Part shown: positions 7,239 through 15,117 of the stretch, one piece after another | How the letters are laid out: each line of letters opens with the position of its first letter | How positions within the stretch are numbered: position 1 is the first letter of the stretch | NCBI GenBank assembly: GCA_044866005.1 | Contig: JBIOTN010000180.1 | Span: forward strand, 1 to 15,834 | Direction of reading: 5' to 3' | From: Candidatus Rokuibacteriota bacterium | Lineage (GTDB): Bacteria > Methylomirabilota > Methylomirabilia > Rokubacteriales > DASRDR01 | DNA: 15,834 nucleotides | Program-made: the position numbers and the translations under genes | The notes under the pieces: generated by a model | The model's input: the letters and a program-made list of their open reading frames with translations, nothing else | The model's database searches: none | What the model was told of the DNA's origin: nothing

Positions 7239-8273
7239 ATGCCGACCGCCTACGCCCTGCTCGCCGCGCTCGCCTTCGGGCTCAGCGCCCCGCTCGCCAA
7301 GCTGCTGCTCGGCGCCGTGTCGCCGCTCGTCCTGGCCGGCCTCCTCTACGCGGGTGCCGGCTTGCTCTTGACGGCGACGCGGCTCGCCGGCCTCCCGCGC
7401 GGGGTGCGCGGGGTCCCGCTCGGACGCCGGCAGCTCGGCATGCTCGCCGCGGTCGTGCTGGCGGGCGGCGTCCTGGCCCCGCCGCTCCTCCTCTGGGGCC
7501 TGAACCGGGGGACGGCGGGCGCGACCGCGCTCCTCCTCAACCTCGAGGTCGTCTTCACGGTCCTGCTGGCCGGGGCCCTCTTCCGCGAGCACCTCGGCGG
7601 CCGGGTGATCGGAGCGGCGGCGCTCATCGCGATCGGCGGGGTCGCGCTCGAGTGGCGCGGCGGCGCGGCGGCGATCACGCCCGGCGCGCTCGCGGTCGCG
7701 GGCGCCTGCGCCCTGTGGGCCCTCGACAACAACCTCACACGGCTCCTCGCCGAGAGCGATCCCGTTTCGCTCGTCCAGGTGAAGGGCCTGGCGGCCGGCG
7801 CCGTCAATCTCGCGCTGGCGGCCGTCGCCGGCTCACCGCGGCCCGGCCCGTCGGCGAGCGTGCTCGCCCTGGCCCTGGGCGGCGTGAGCTACGGGGGAAG
7901 CCTGGTCCTCTACGTCCTGGCCATGCGCGGCCTCGGGGCCGCCCGGGCCGGCGCCTACTTCGCCCTGGCGCCGTTCGTCGGGGCCGCGGGAGCCGTGCTG
8001 ATCCTGCGGGAGCCCCTCACCCCGCCGCTCGTGCTCGGCGGCCTCGGGATGGCTGCCGGAGTCTTCCTCCTCTTCGGGGAGCGCCACGTGCACCGCCACC
8101 GGCACGAGCCAGGGGTCCACACGCACCGCCGCGTCCACGACGAGCACCACCGGCACGCCCACGAAGGCTGGGAAGGGCCGGAGCCCCACGTCCATCCGCA
8201 TGGGACCGGGCCGTTCACGCACGAGCACCGGCACGCGCCCGACCTCCACCACCGGCACGGGCACGGCGGCTGA
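7239..8273 (+). CDS. DMT/EamA-family membrane transporter with His-rich C-terminal tail
   Basis: About 10 hydrophobic segments in two EamA-like halves (LLLNLEVVFTVLLA...FREHLG; WALDNNLTR; GAARAGAYFALAPFVG...LREP). The last 62 aa contain 21 His and end PDLHHRHGHGG. Alternative start TTG 7236. Confidence 0.87.
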   Translation: MPTAYALLAALAFGLSAPLAKLLLGAVSPLVLAGLLYAGAGLLLTATRLAGLPRGVRGVPLGRRQLGMLAAVVLAGGVLAPPLLLWGLNRGTAGATALLLNLEVVFTVLLAGALFREHLGGRVIGAAALIAIGGVALEWRGGAAAITPGALAVAGACALWALDNNLTRLLAESDPVSLVQVKGLAAGAVNLALAAVAGSPRPGPSASVLALALGGVSYGGSLVLYVLAMRGLGAARAGAYFALAPFVGAAGAVLILREPLTPPLVLGGLGMAAGVFLLFGERHVHRHRHEPGVHTHRRVHDEHHRHAHEGWEGPEPHVHPHGTGPFTHEHRHAPDLHHRHGHGG

Positions 8274-8293
8274 CGCCGGCGGCGGCCCGTCCC

Positions 8294-8323
8294 TTGACCC
8301 CTTCGAGCCGGGCGTACTACAGT
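8294..8323 (+). promoter_or_regulatory. Predicted sigma70-type promoter of the CoA-transferase gene
   Basis: TTGACC (8294-8299), 18 nt, TACAGT (8318-8323). The ATG is only 12 nt further on and has no SD. Confidence 0.6.
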
Positions 8324-8335
8324 GCGCCGCATCCC

Positions 8336-9532
8336 ATGAGCGAGCCGGCGCTGGCGGGCCTCACGGTCCTCGACCTCGCGACGTTCGTCGCCGCGCCGTT
8401 CTGTAGCACGCTGCTCGGCGAGTTCGGCGCCGAGGTGATCAAGGTCGAGCAGCCCGCGACGGGGGACGACCTCCGCCGCCTCGGGCGTCCCGCCGCGCCG
8501 GGCGTCTCGTACTGGTGGCTCGCCGAGGCGCGCAACAAGAAGTCGGTCACCTGTAATCTCCGGATCCCCGAGGGCCAGGCGCTCGTCAAGCGGCTCGTCG
8601 CGCAGGCCGACGTCGTCACGGAGAACTTCCGGCCCGGCACGCTGGAGCGCTGGAACCTCGGCCCGGAGGCCCTCCGCGCGGTCAAGCCGGGCATCGTCCT
8701 CGTCCGCATCTCGGCCTACGGCCAGACCGGCCCGTACGCCGGCCGCCCCGGGTTCGGCCGAATCGCCGCCGCCATGAGCGGGATCACCTACCTGTCCGGG
8801 TATCCCGACCGGGCGCCGGTCACGCCGGGCACGCCGACCATCCCCGACTACCTGGCCGGGGCGCTCGGGGCCTTCGGCGCGATGGTCGCGCTCGAGCACC
8901 GGCGGCGGACCGGCGAGGGCCAGGTGGTGGACGTCGGGCTCTACGAGCCGCTGCTCCGCATGCTGGACGACCTGATCCCGGTCTACGCGGCGACCGGGCA
9001 CGTCCGCGAGCGCGTGGGGTCGGGGACCGAGCACGTCGTCCCGCACGACCATTACCGGGCCGGCGACGGGCGATGGATCGCGATCGCCTGCACGAACCAG
9101 CGCATGTTCGAGCGGCTCAGTCAGGCGATGGGGCGCCGCGACCTGCTCACGCGCTATCCGACGACGGCCGACCGCGTGGCGCGACGCGAGGAGGTGGACG
9201 GCCTCGTGCAGGCCTGGGTGGGGGCCGTGCCCGCCGCGGAGGTTCTCCGGCGCCTGGACGCCGCGGAGGTCCCGGCCGCCCTCGTCAACAGCGTGAAGGA
9301 CCTCTTCGGCGACCCTCAGGTCACGGCGCGCGAGAACATCCTCGCGATCCCGAACCCGCTGGGTGGGCTCCTCCACGTGCCGGGCATCGTGCCGAAGCTC
9401 GACCGCACGCCCGGCACGGTGCGTCACGCCGGTCCGGTGACGGCGGGCGCCGACAACGAGGAGATCTACTGCGGGCGGCTCCAGCTCTCGCGCGACGAGC
9501 TTGCCGCGCTCCGGACCCGCGGCGTCGTCTGA
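8336..9532 (+). CDS. Class III CoA-transferase (CaiB/BaiF/Frc family)
   Basis: From ATG 8336: LAGLTVLDL, AAPFCSTLLGEFGAEVIKVE, RNKKSVTCNL, ADVVTENFRPG, ISAYGQTGPY, IPDYLAG (catalytic Asp position), GEGQVVDV. The upstream part of the 626-aa track ORF is an overlap artefact. Confidence 0.92.
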   Translation: MSEPALAGLTVLDLATFVAAPFCSTLLGEFGAEVIKVEQPATGDDLRRLGRPAAPGVSYWWLAEARNKKSVTCNLRIPEGQALVKRLVAQADVVTENFRPGTLERWNLGPEALRAVKPGIVLVRISAYGQTGPYAGRPGFGRIAAAMSGITYLSGYPDRAPVTPGTPTIPDYLAGALGAFGAMVALEHRRRTGEGQVVDVGLYEPLLRMLDDLIPVYAATGHVRERVGSGTEHVVPHDHYRAGDGRWIAIACTNQRMFERLSQAMGRRDLLTRYPTTADRVARREEVDGLVQAWVGAVPAAEVLRRLDAAEVPAALVNSVKDLFGDPQVTARENILAIPNPLGGLLHVPGIVPKLDRTPGTVRHAGPVTAGADNEEIYCGRLQLSRDELAALRTRGVV

Positions 9533-9580
9533 GGGCGGGAGCCGCGCCTCCCACGGGGCCGGGCGCGAGGGCGACGCAGG

Positions 9581-10585
9581 TCAGCGGCCGGTTCGAATGC
9601 GGCCCTTCAGGCTCTTGGGGACCCCGAGCACGGGGTGCGTCTCGAGCCGCGGCGACTTGGCGCTGGCGGGCGCCCGGCGGCCGAGGGCCTCGGCCATCGC
9701 GCGGATGTGGACCGCCACCGTGCCGCAGCAGGCCCCGATGTAGTCCACGCCGAGGTCCCGGGCCCGGAGCGCGTACGCCGCCATCTCGCCACGCGTGAGC
9801 GTCAGCGGATCCAGCTCGAGCGGGAACTCGGGGCGACCCATGAAGTAGGGGATGTCCTCGCGCGTCCGGTACGCCACGGGCTGCGCCGCGATGTAGCCCT
9901 GCCTCACCGTCTTGCGCATCTTCTCGACGATGGGGAGCATGCGGGCCGGGTCGCGGCCGCAGTTGGCCCCCACGATGTCCGCGCCCTCGCCGGTGAGGAT
10001 CCGCGCGACCTCCTCCGGCCGGTGGCCGTCGAGACTCCGCTCGGCGGCCTTGAAGTTCAGCGTCACCATCGCGGGGAAGCCCGCGGCCTTGATCGCCCGG
10101 GCCGCGAGCACCCCCTCCCCGACGTAGTGAAGCGTCTCGCAGATGAAGAAGTCGACGCCCTCGGCGGCCTGCACCTCGATCTGCTCGTCGAAGAGCCGGC
10201 GGACGCGGGCCCGCGCCCGGGCGCTTCCCGGCCGGTACTGCCAGGTGAGGCAGAGCGTCCCCGCCACGAGCGCCTCGTCCCCCGCGACCTTCCGCGCGAT
10301 GCGGACGGCCGCGCGGTTGATCGCCTCCATCTGGCCGGCGTAGCCGGCGGTCGCGAGCTTGTCCCGGCTCGCGTAGAAGGTGAGGGCCTGGAGCACCTCG
10401 GACCCCGCCCGGAGGAATTCTTCGTGGAGCTGCCGGAGCGCCTCGGGGTGCTCGATGGCCACCTCCGGCGTGTACGGCCCCGCCTGGACGTAACCGCGCC
10501 GTTCGAGCTCGAGGATGTAGCCGCCGTCCCCCAGGACGACGCCCTGTCTCAGCCGCTCGAGGATCCCGGCCTTCCGGCCGTCCAT
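9581..10585 (-). CDS. Homocysteine S-methyltransferase family protein, betaine-homocysteine methyltransferase (BHMT)-type
   Basis: GILERL...LGDGGY..ELERRGYVQAGPYTPE...EHPEALRQLHEEFLRAGS..LQALTFYAS.DKL parallels the BHMT N-terminus. Zn ligands in GANCG and GACCG, plus QPVAY and PEFP. Alternative start ATG 10663 (ATGA overlap with the thioesterase stop). Confidence 0.88.
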   Translation of the reverse strand: MDGRKAGILERLRQGVVLGDGGYILELERRGYVQAGPYTPEVAIEHPEALRQLHEEFLRAGSEVLQALTFYASRDKLATAGYAGQMEAINRAAVRIARKVAGDEALVAGTLCLTWQYRPGSARARARVRRLFDEQIEVQAAEGVDFFICETLHYVGEGVLAARAIKAAGFPAMVTLNFKAAERSLDGHRPEEVARILTGEGADIVGANCGRDPARMLPIVEKMRKTVRQGYIAAQPVAYRTREDIPYFMGRPEFPLELDPLTLTRGEMAAYALRARDLGVDYIGACCGTVAVHIRAMAEALGRRAPASAKSPRLETHPVLGVPKSLKGRIRTGR

Positions 10586-10659
10586 GCGTCCCCCGCCGCC
10601 CGACCGCTGGCCGTCGTGGTGCGGTCCGGGCCGGGGGCCACGCCGGCGCGCCGCCGGGC

Positions 10660-11055
10660 TCATCGCCGCTTGGCCTTCTCCGCCGCGCGCTCGAGGAAGC
10701 GGGCTTGGTTGATCTGGAAGCGCTCGTGGCTCCCTTCGGCCACCTTCTCCACGTCGTCGTGGGCTTCGACGTCGTAGACGTAGCGGCGGCCGTCGACCTC
10801 GCGGAGGACGGCGCGCGCGCGGACGCGCATCCCCACGGGCGTCGCCGCCAGGTGCTTGACGTCGAGTCGCGTCCCGACCGTGCCCGCGCCGGGCGGCAGA
10901 TGTGCCTGGACCGCCGCGATGGCCGCGTCCTCGAGCATCGCGACCAGGCGCGGCGTCGCGAGCACGTGCACGCCCTTGTTGCCGATGGCGTCGGCCGTGT
11001 CCTGCGGCTGCACGACGATCTCGATCTCTCCCACGAGCCCCGGGGCCATCTCCAT
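10660..11055 (-). CDS. Hot-dog fold thioesterase, fluoroacetyl-CoA thioesterase (FlK)-like family
   Basis: 131 aa. VLATP...LE and TVGT..DVKHLAATPVG carry the Thr/Glu/His triad pattern, plus G.HERF. AGGAGG SD at 11069-11064. Confidence 0.87.
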   Translation of the reverse strand: MEMAPGLVGEIEIVVQPQDTADAIGNKGVHVLATPRLVAMLEDAAIAAVQAHLPPGAGTVGTRLDVKHLAATPVGMRVRARAVLREVDGRRYVYDVEAHDDVEKVAEGSHERFQINQARFLERAAEKAKRR

Positions 11056-11076
11056 GATCGTCTCCTCCTCCGGGCT

Positions 11077-11106
11077 ACCCTACGGGCTCGCCGACCGCGG
11101 CGTCAA
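11077..11106 (-). promoter_or_regulatory. Predicted sigma70-type promoter of the thioesterase-BHMT pair
   Basis: Minus strand reads TTGACG (11106-11101), 18 nt, TAGGGT (11082-11077), followed directly by the AGGAGG SD. Confidence 0.6.
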
Positions 11107-11117
11107 GCGCCCGGGGC

Positions 11118-11852
11118 TCACCGCGCGGGACGCAGGAGGAAGAGCAGGCCGAGCCCCACGAGGATCACCTCGACCAGCCGGACGAAGGCCCGGTCGCTCA
11201 TGCGATCCAGGATGCGACGGCCGACGAACGCCCCGACGAACATCACGGCGCCGAGGGCCAGGCCGAGGGCCCCGGTCTCGGCGGTCAGGAGCGCGTAGCG
11301 GTCGTAGACGACCGTCTTGGTGAGGTGGACGACCGCGACGCAGGCGGCCTCGGTGCCGACGTAGGCGCCGCGGCGCAGGCCGTAGCCGAGGAAGAAGGGC
11401 GTGTTGATGGGGCCCGTCGCGGCGACGAGCGCGGAGAGGAAGCCGGTGGCGGCCCCCAGCAGCGGGAAGTGCGCGAGGCGCAGCCGCAGAGGGCCGCGCT
11501 CGAGCCAGCGCCGCAGCGGCACGGCCAGGAGGAGGAAGACCCCCATGAGGCGGGAGAGCCACTCGGCCCGCGCCCCGGCGTAGAGGATCGCGCCGACGAC
11601 GGCGAAGGGGACGGCGCCCGCGAGGTACGCGCCGATGACCCGCCAGTCGAGCTCGCGCCGGCTGAACCAGGCCCGCGAGACGTTGCCGCAGAGGAGCGCG
11701 ATCGAGAGCACCGGCACGCTCGCCCGGACCCCCACGGCCCAGACCACGAGCGGCAGCATGGTGATGCCGGTGCCGAAGCCCACGATGCCGCCGAGGACCG
11801 CCGCCGGGAGCGCCACGGCGAGCAGGAAGAGGGTGCCGGCGACGGACGGCAT
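11118..11852 (-). CDS. Sulfite exporter TauE/SafE-family (TSUP) membrane protein
   Basis: 244 aa, hydrophobic. Shows GGIVGFGTG...LP, GAATGFLSALVAATGP, YVGTEA, and GAFVGRRILDRMSDRAF. Confidence 0.82.
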   Translation of the reverse strand: MPSVAGTLFLLAVALPAAVLGGIVGFGTGITMLPLVVWAVGVRASVPVLSIALLCGNVSRAWFSRRELDWRVIGAYLAGAVPFAVVGAILYAGARAEWLSRLMGVFLLLAVPLRRWLERGPLRLRLAHFPLLGAATGFLSALVAATGPINTPFFLGYGLRRGAYVGTEAACVAVVHLTKTVVYDRYALLTAETGALGLALGAVMFVGAFVGRRILDRMSDRAFVRLVEVILVGLGLLFLLRPAR

Positions 11853-11876
11853 GGGCAGGCGTGGCCGTCGTCGCGC

Positions 11877-12848
11877 TCAGGTCCCGGGGACGCGCTCGAG
11901 CGGCGGCTCGCCGTGCGCATAGCGCCGGATGTTGCCGAAGGCGAAGCGCATCTTCGCGCGGAAGGCGTCGAGGGTGCCGGCCCCGATGTGGGGCGTCAGG
12001 ACCACGTTGTCGAGCCGGGTCAGGGGGTGGCCGGGCGGCAGCGGCTCGGGGCTGAAGACGTCGAGCGCCGCGCCGGCGATGCGCCGCGCGCGGAGCGCCT
12101 CGACGAGCGCGTCCTGGTCCACGACGCCCCCGCGGGAGACGTTGACGAGATGGGCGGTCGGCTTCATCAGCCCGAGCGTCTGCCGGTTGATCATGTGCCG
12201 CGTCTCCGCGGTGAGGGGCACGTGGCAGCAGACGACGTCGGCCTCCATGAGGAGGCGCTCGCGGTCGACCAGCTCGACCCCGAACGCCGCGCGCTCGGCC
12301 GCGGTGAGCCGGATGTACGGATCGTGGGCCAGGAGGCGGACGTCGAAGCCCCGGGCGCGCCGGGCCGTCGCGCGGCCGGTCCGCCCGAAGCCGATCAGGC
12401 CGAGCGTCTTCCCTTCGAGGTCGCGGGTCTCCGTGCGCAGGCCCCACTGGAGCCAGCGCCCCTCGACGAGCGCGTTGTGCGCGACGACGACCCGCTTGAG
12501 GAGCGCCAGGATCAAGAGGATGGTGTGCTCGCCGACGCCGGTGGCGGTCCCGGCCGGGCAGAGGCAGAGGGGAATCTTCCGCGCCGCCAGCGCGGCCGTG
12601 TCGATCCGCTCGTAGCCGACGCCCTGGTGCTGGACGAGCCTGAGCCGCGGGGCCGCCTCGAGGTCCTCCGCCCCGAGGGCCCAGTCCGCGATGAGGAGGA
12701 ACTCCGCCTGACCGAGCTTGGCGCGCGCCTCCGCCGGGTCGTCCGACTCGAGCAGGAGCAGGCGGAGATCCGGTGGCGTCTCCTCGCGGAGGACGGCGTA
12801 GAGCTCGGGAGTGGCGCGGTTCCAGTAGAGCACGGCGGGCTCCGACAT
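11877..12848 (-). CDS. D-isomer-specific 2-hydroxyacid dehydrogenase (NAD-dependent)
   Basis: GVGYERID, VGEHT, Rossmann GLIGFGRTG, HDPY, HVPLT.ET, VNVSRG (Arg), LDVFSPEP (Glu), TPHIG (His). AAGGAG SD. Confidence 0.92.
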   Translation of the reverse strand: MSEPAVLYWNRATPELYAVLREETPPDLRLLLLESDDPAEARAKLGQAEFLLIADWALGAEDLEAAPRLRLVQHQGVGYERIDTAALAARKIPLCLCPAGTATGVGEHTILLILALLKRVVVAHNALVEGRWLQWGLRTETRDLEGKTLGLIGFGRTGRATARRARGFDVRLLAHDPYIRLTAAERAAFGVELVDRERLLMEADVVCCHVPLTAETRHMINRQTLGLMKPTAHLVNVSRGGVVDQDALVEALRARRIAGAALDVFSPEPLPPGHPLTRLDNVVLTPHIGAGTLDAFRAKMRFAFGNIRRYAHGEPPLERVPGT

Positions 12849-12866
12849 GCGCTGGCTCCTTCCTCG

Positions 12867-13304
12867 CTAGCCGGCGAGCAGACGCAGCATGAGCCCGAAG
12901 GCCACGAGCGACAGGGCCGTGCGTACCAGGTGCAGCGCGCCCCAGCGCCGAAGCAGGCGCCAGGCCTCCGGCGTGTCCGGCTCCAGGGCGTGGTCCCGGA
13001 GCCGCTGGTTCGTCGGCGCGATGACGACGAGCGTGAAGGGGATGACGAGCCCGAGCACGAGGCCGGCGGCGAGCCAGCCCACCGGCCCGCCGGCGAGCCA
13101 CGCGGCGGCGCCGGCCAGGCCGCCGACCGCCGACAGGGGCGCCTGGAGGCGCGCGCCGCGCGGATAGCTCCGCCGGAACTCGCCGAGCGCCATCGGCGGC
13201 CCGCACGCGAGTCGGGCCGGGTGTTCCACCAGCGTGACGTAGAGCGCGGCGCCGGCGAAGAGCCCGCACGCCGCCGTCGCGATCCACCCGAGGGACGCGA
13301 CCAT
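12867..13304 (-). CDS. DUF1772 / anthrone-oxygenase-like small membrane protein
   Basis: From ATG 13304: GLFAGAALYVTLVEHPAR, IPFTLVVIAPTNQRL, LLRRWGALHLVRT, with about four hydrophobic helices. The upstream part of the track ORF is antisense to the LLM gene. Confidence 0.8.
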   Translation of the reverse strand: MVASLGWIATAACGLFAGAALYVTLVEHPARLACGPPMALGEFRRSYPRGARLQAPLSAVGGLAGAAAWLAGGPVGWLAAGLVLGLVIPFTLVVIAPTNQRLRDHALEPDTPEAWRLLRRWGALHLVRTALSLVAFGLMLRLLAG

Positions 13305-13314
13305 GGCGCGGCCG

Positions 13315-13344
13315 ATGGTACCGGAGCCGCCGGGGGCGGCGCAA
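13315..13344 (-). promoter_or_regulatory. Predicted promoter of the DUF1772-dehydrogenase-TauE unit
   Basis: Minus strand reads TTGCGC (13344-13339), 18 nt, TACCAT (13320-13315). ATG follows after 10 nt with no SD. Confidence 0.5.
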
Positions 13345-13362
13345 CCCGCCCCGCCGGGAATC

Positions 13363-13371
13363 TGGTATTCT
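13363..13371 (+). promoter_or_regulatory. Predicted extended -10 promoter of the LLM gene (leaderless)
   Basis: TG-G-TATTCT at 13363-13371. GTG start 8 nt downstream with no SD. Confidence 0.55.
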
Positions 13372-13379
13372 GTGTCGCC

Positions 13380-14348
13380 GTGAAGGTCGCCGCCTACGTG
13401 ATCCCGCGGGACGACCTCGGGCGCGCGGTCGCGCTCAGCCGCGCCGCGGAGGAGCTCGGCTACGACAGCGTCTGGGTGACGCACGGGCTCGGTCGCGACG
13501 GGTTCCTCGTCCTCGCGGCCTACGCGCAGGCGACGCGGCGGGTCGGCCTCGGCACCGGCGTGGTCCCCATCTACCCGCGCCACCCCGTCGCCATGGCCCA
13601 GGCCGCGGCGACGCTCGCGGAGGTGTCCGGGGGGCGGCTCCGGCTCGGCATCGGAGTGAGCCACCGCGCCTCGATGACGGACGCGCTCGGCCTCGACATG
13701 GCGCGGCCGCTCGACGTGATGCGCGAGTACGTGACCGTGCTCCGCGACGCGCTCGCCGGCCGGGCGCGGTTCCAGGGGCGCCACTACCGCGCCGCCTGGG
13801 AGGCGGCGTTCCGGCCCCCGCCGCCGCCGCCGCTCCTCCTGGCCGGCCTCTCGGCGCCGATGCTCGAGCTGGCGGGCGAGCTGGCCGACGGCGTGGTCCT
13901 CTGGCTCTGCGCGCCCGACTACATCCGGGACGTCGCGCGGCCGGCGCTCGCCCGCGGGCGCGCGAAGGCGGGCCGGCCGCTCGAGGGCTTCGAGATCGCC
14001 GCCGCGGTGCCGGCGGCGGTGACGGACGACCCCCGGCGGGTGACGGCGACCTTCCGCGACGAGCTCGTGCGCTACCTCGGCCTGCCGTACTACCGCGCGA
14101 TGCTCCGCGCGAGCGGGTTTGCCGAGGCGCTCGCGGCCTTCGACCGGGACCGCGCCCGCGGGGCGGCCGGCGACGCCGTGCCGCCCGCGCTGGCCGAGGC
14201 GCTCTCAGCCGTGGGCGACGCCGGGGCGGTCCGCGCCTCCGTCGCCGCCTACCGCGCGGCCGGGGTCACGCTCCCGATCGTCCGTCCCATCGGGTCCCCC
14301 GAGGCGACCCACGCCCACGCGACCCTCGAGGCCGCGGCGGGCCGCTGA
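13380..14348 (+). CDS. Luciferase-like monooxygenase (LLM) class flavin/F420-dependent oxidoreductase
   Basis: From GTG 13380: AEELGYDSVW, TRRVGLGTGV, RHPVAMAQAAATLAEVSGGRLRLGIG, MREYV, LAGELADG. Only the last ~322 codons of the 1007-aa track ORF are the real gene. Confidence 0.88.
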   Translation: MKVAAYVIPRDDLGRAVALSRAAEELGYDSVWVTHGLGRDGFLVLAAYAQATRRVGLGTGVVPIYPRHPVAMAQAAATLAEVSGGRLRLGIGVSHRASMTDALGLDMARPLDVMREYVTVLRDALAGRARFQGRHYRAAWEAAFRPPPPPPLLLAGLSAPMLELAGELADGVVLWLCAPDYIRDVARPALARGRAKAGRPLEGFEIAAAVPAAVTDDPRRVTATFRDELVRYLGLPYYRAMLRASGFAEALAAFDRDRARGAAGDAVPPALAEALSAVGDAGAVRASVAAYRAAGVTLPIVRPIGSPEATHAHATLEAAAGR

Positions 14349-14359
14349 GGGGAGGGGAG

Positions 14360-15052
14360 ATGCCGTTGCGCGGGAGCGGCGTGCTGGCGATCTGGCACGG
14401 CATCGCGCCGGAGGCCGAGGCGGAGCTGATCCGGTGGCACGACACCGAGCACATCCCGGAGCGCGTGGGCGTGCCGGGCTTCCTCCGCGGGCGCCGGTAT
14501 CGCCACGCCCTGCGGCCGCGGGAGTACCTCGACCTCTACGAGCTCGAGAGCGTGGAGGTCGCCCGCAGCGCCCCCTATCTTGCGCGGCTCGACCACCCGA
14601 CGCCCTGGACCCGGCGAGTGCTCCCCCACTTCCGGGACACCTTCCGCATCGGCTGCCGGGTCCTCGCGAGCGTCGGCCGGGGCCAGGGCGGCGCGGCGGT
14701 GACGCTGCGCCTCCGGCCCGCCGCGGGGAGAGACGCGACGCTCCGCGGCTGGCTGACCGGACCGGCGCTCGCCCTGGTGCGCGAGCCGGTGGGCGTGATC
14801 GCGGCACACCTCCTCGAGACCGTGCCCGAGGTCACGCGGGTGGCCACGGCCGAAGGCAAGCTGAAGGGCGGCGAGGCGGGTCCGGCGGACGAGCCGTGGC
14901 CGCTCGTGCTGGTGGTCGAGTGCACGGAGCCGGAGGTCGGCGAGGCCCTGATCCGCGGCCCGCTCGCGCCGGCTCGACTCGCCGAGCACGAGGCGGCGGG
15001 GGACGCCCTGGCGGGAGTCTACCGGCTCCAGACGACGATGGACGCCGCCTGA
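14360..15052 (+). CDS. Uncharacterised dimeric alpha/beta-barrel protein (DUF4286/EthD-like)
   Basis: WHDTEHIPERVGVPGFLRGRRY, YLDLYELES, YLARLDHPTPWT. Purine-rich SD (GAGGGGAG) and an 11-bp gap after the LLM stop. Confidence 0.7.
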   Translation: MPLRGSGVLAIWHGIAPEAEAELIRWHDTEHIPERVGVPGFLRGRRYRHALRPREYLDLYELESVEVARSAPYLARLDHPTPWTRRVLPHFRDTFRIGCRVLASVGRGQGGAAVTLRLRPAAGRDATLRGWLTGPALALVREPVGVIAAHLLETVPEVTRVATAEGKLKGGEAGPADEPWPLVLVVECTEPEVGEALIRGPLAPARLAEHEAAGDALAGVYRLQTTMDAA

Positions 15053-15057
15053 GCTCT

Positions 15058-15117
15058 TCGGGGGGTCTCGGACGACTCCCCGATGCCTCCCGTCCGGTGC
15101 GGCGGCGAAGCCGCCGC
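15058..15117 (+). repeat. Two-hairpin intergenic repeat (REP-like), copy B
   Basis: TCGGGGGGTC-TCGGAC-GACTCCCCGA (10-bp stem, one G-T), linker TGCCTCCCGTCCGGT, then GCGGCGGC-GAA-GCCGCCGC (15099-15117). Confidence 0.78.

Noticed and set aside
7652..8335. N-terminal extension of the CoA-transferase (626-aa ORF)
   Set aside because: Arg/Pro/Gly-rich out-of-frame overlap with the DMT gene. Family homology starts at ATG 8336, after a predicted promoter.
10660..11055. Fluoroacetate resistance or organofluorine pathway implied by the FlK-like gene
   Set aside because: FlK-like thioesterases are widespread, and no fluorinase, dehalogenase or fluoride exporter is in the window.
13815..13832. CCG run (poly-Pro) in the LLM gene as a possible contingency repeat
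   Set aside because: It is short, in frame and unremarkable at this GC content.
11325..14348. 1007-aa plus-strand ORF suggesting a giant fusion protein
   Set aside because: The first ~685 codons are the antisense shadow of TauE, the dehydrogenase and DUF1772. Only 13380-14348 has LLM motifs, and it has its own promoter.
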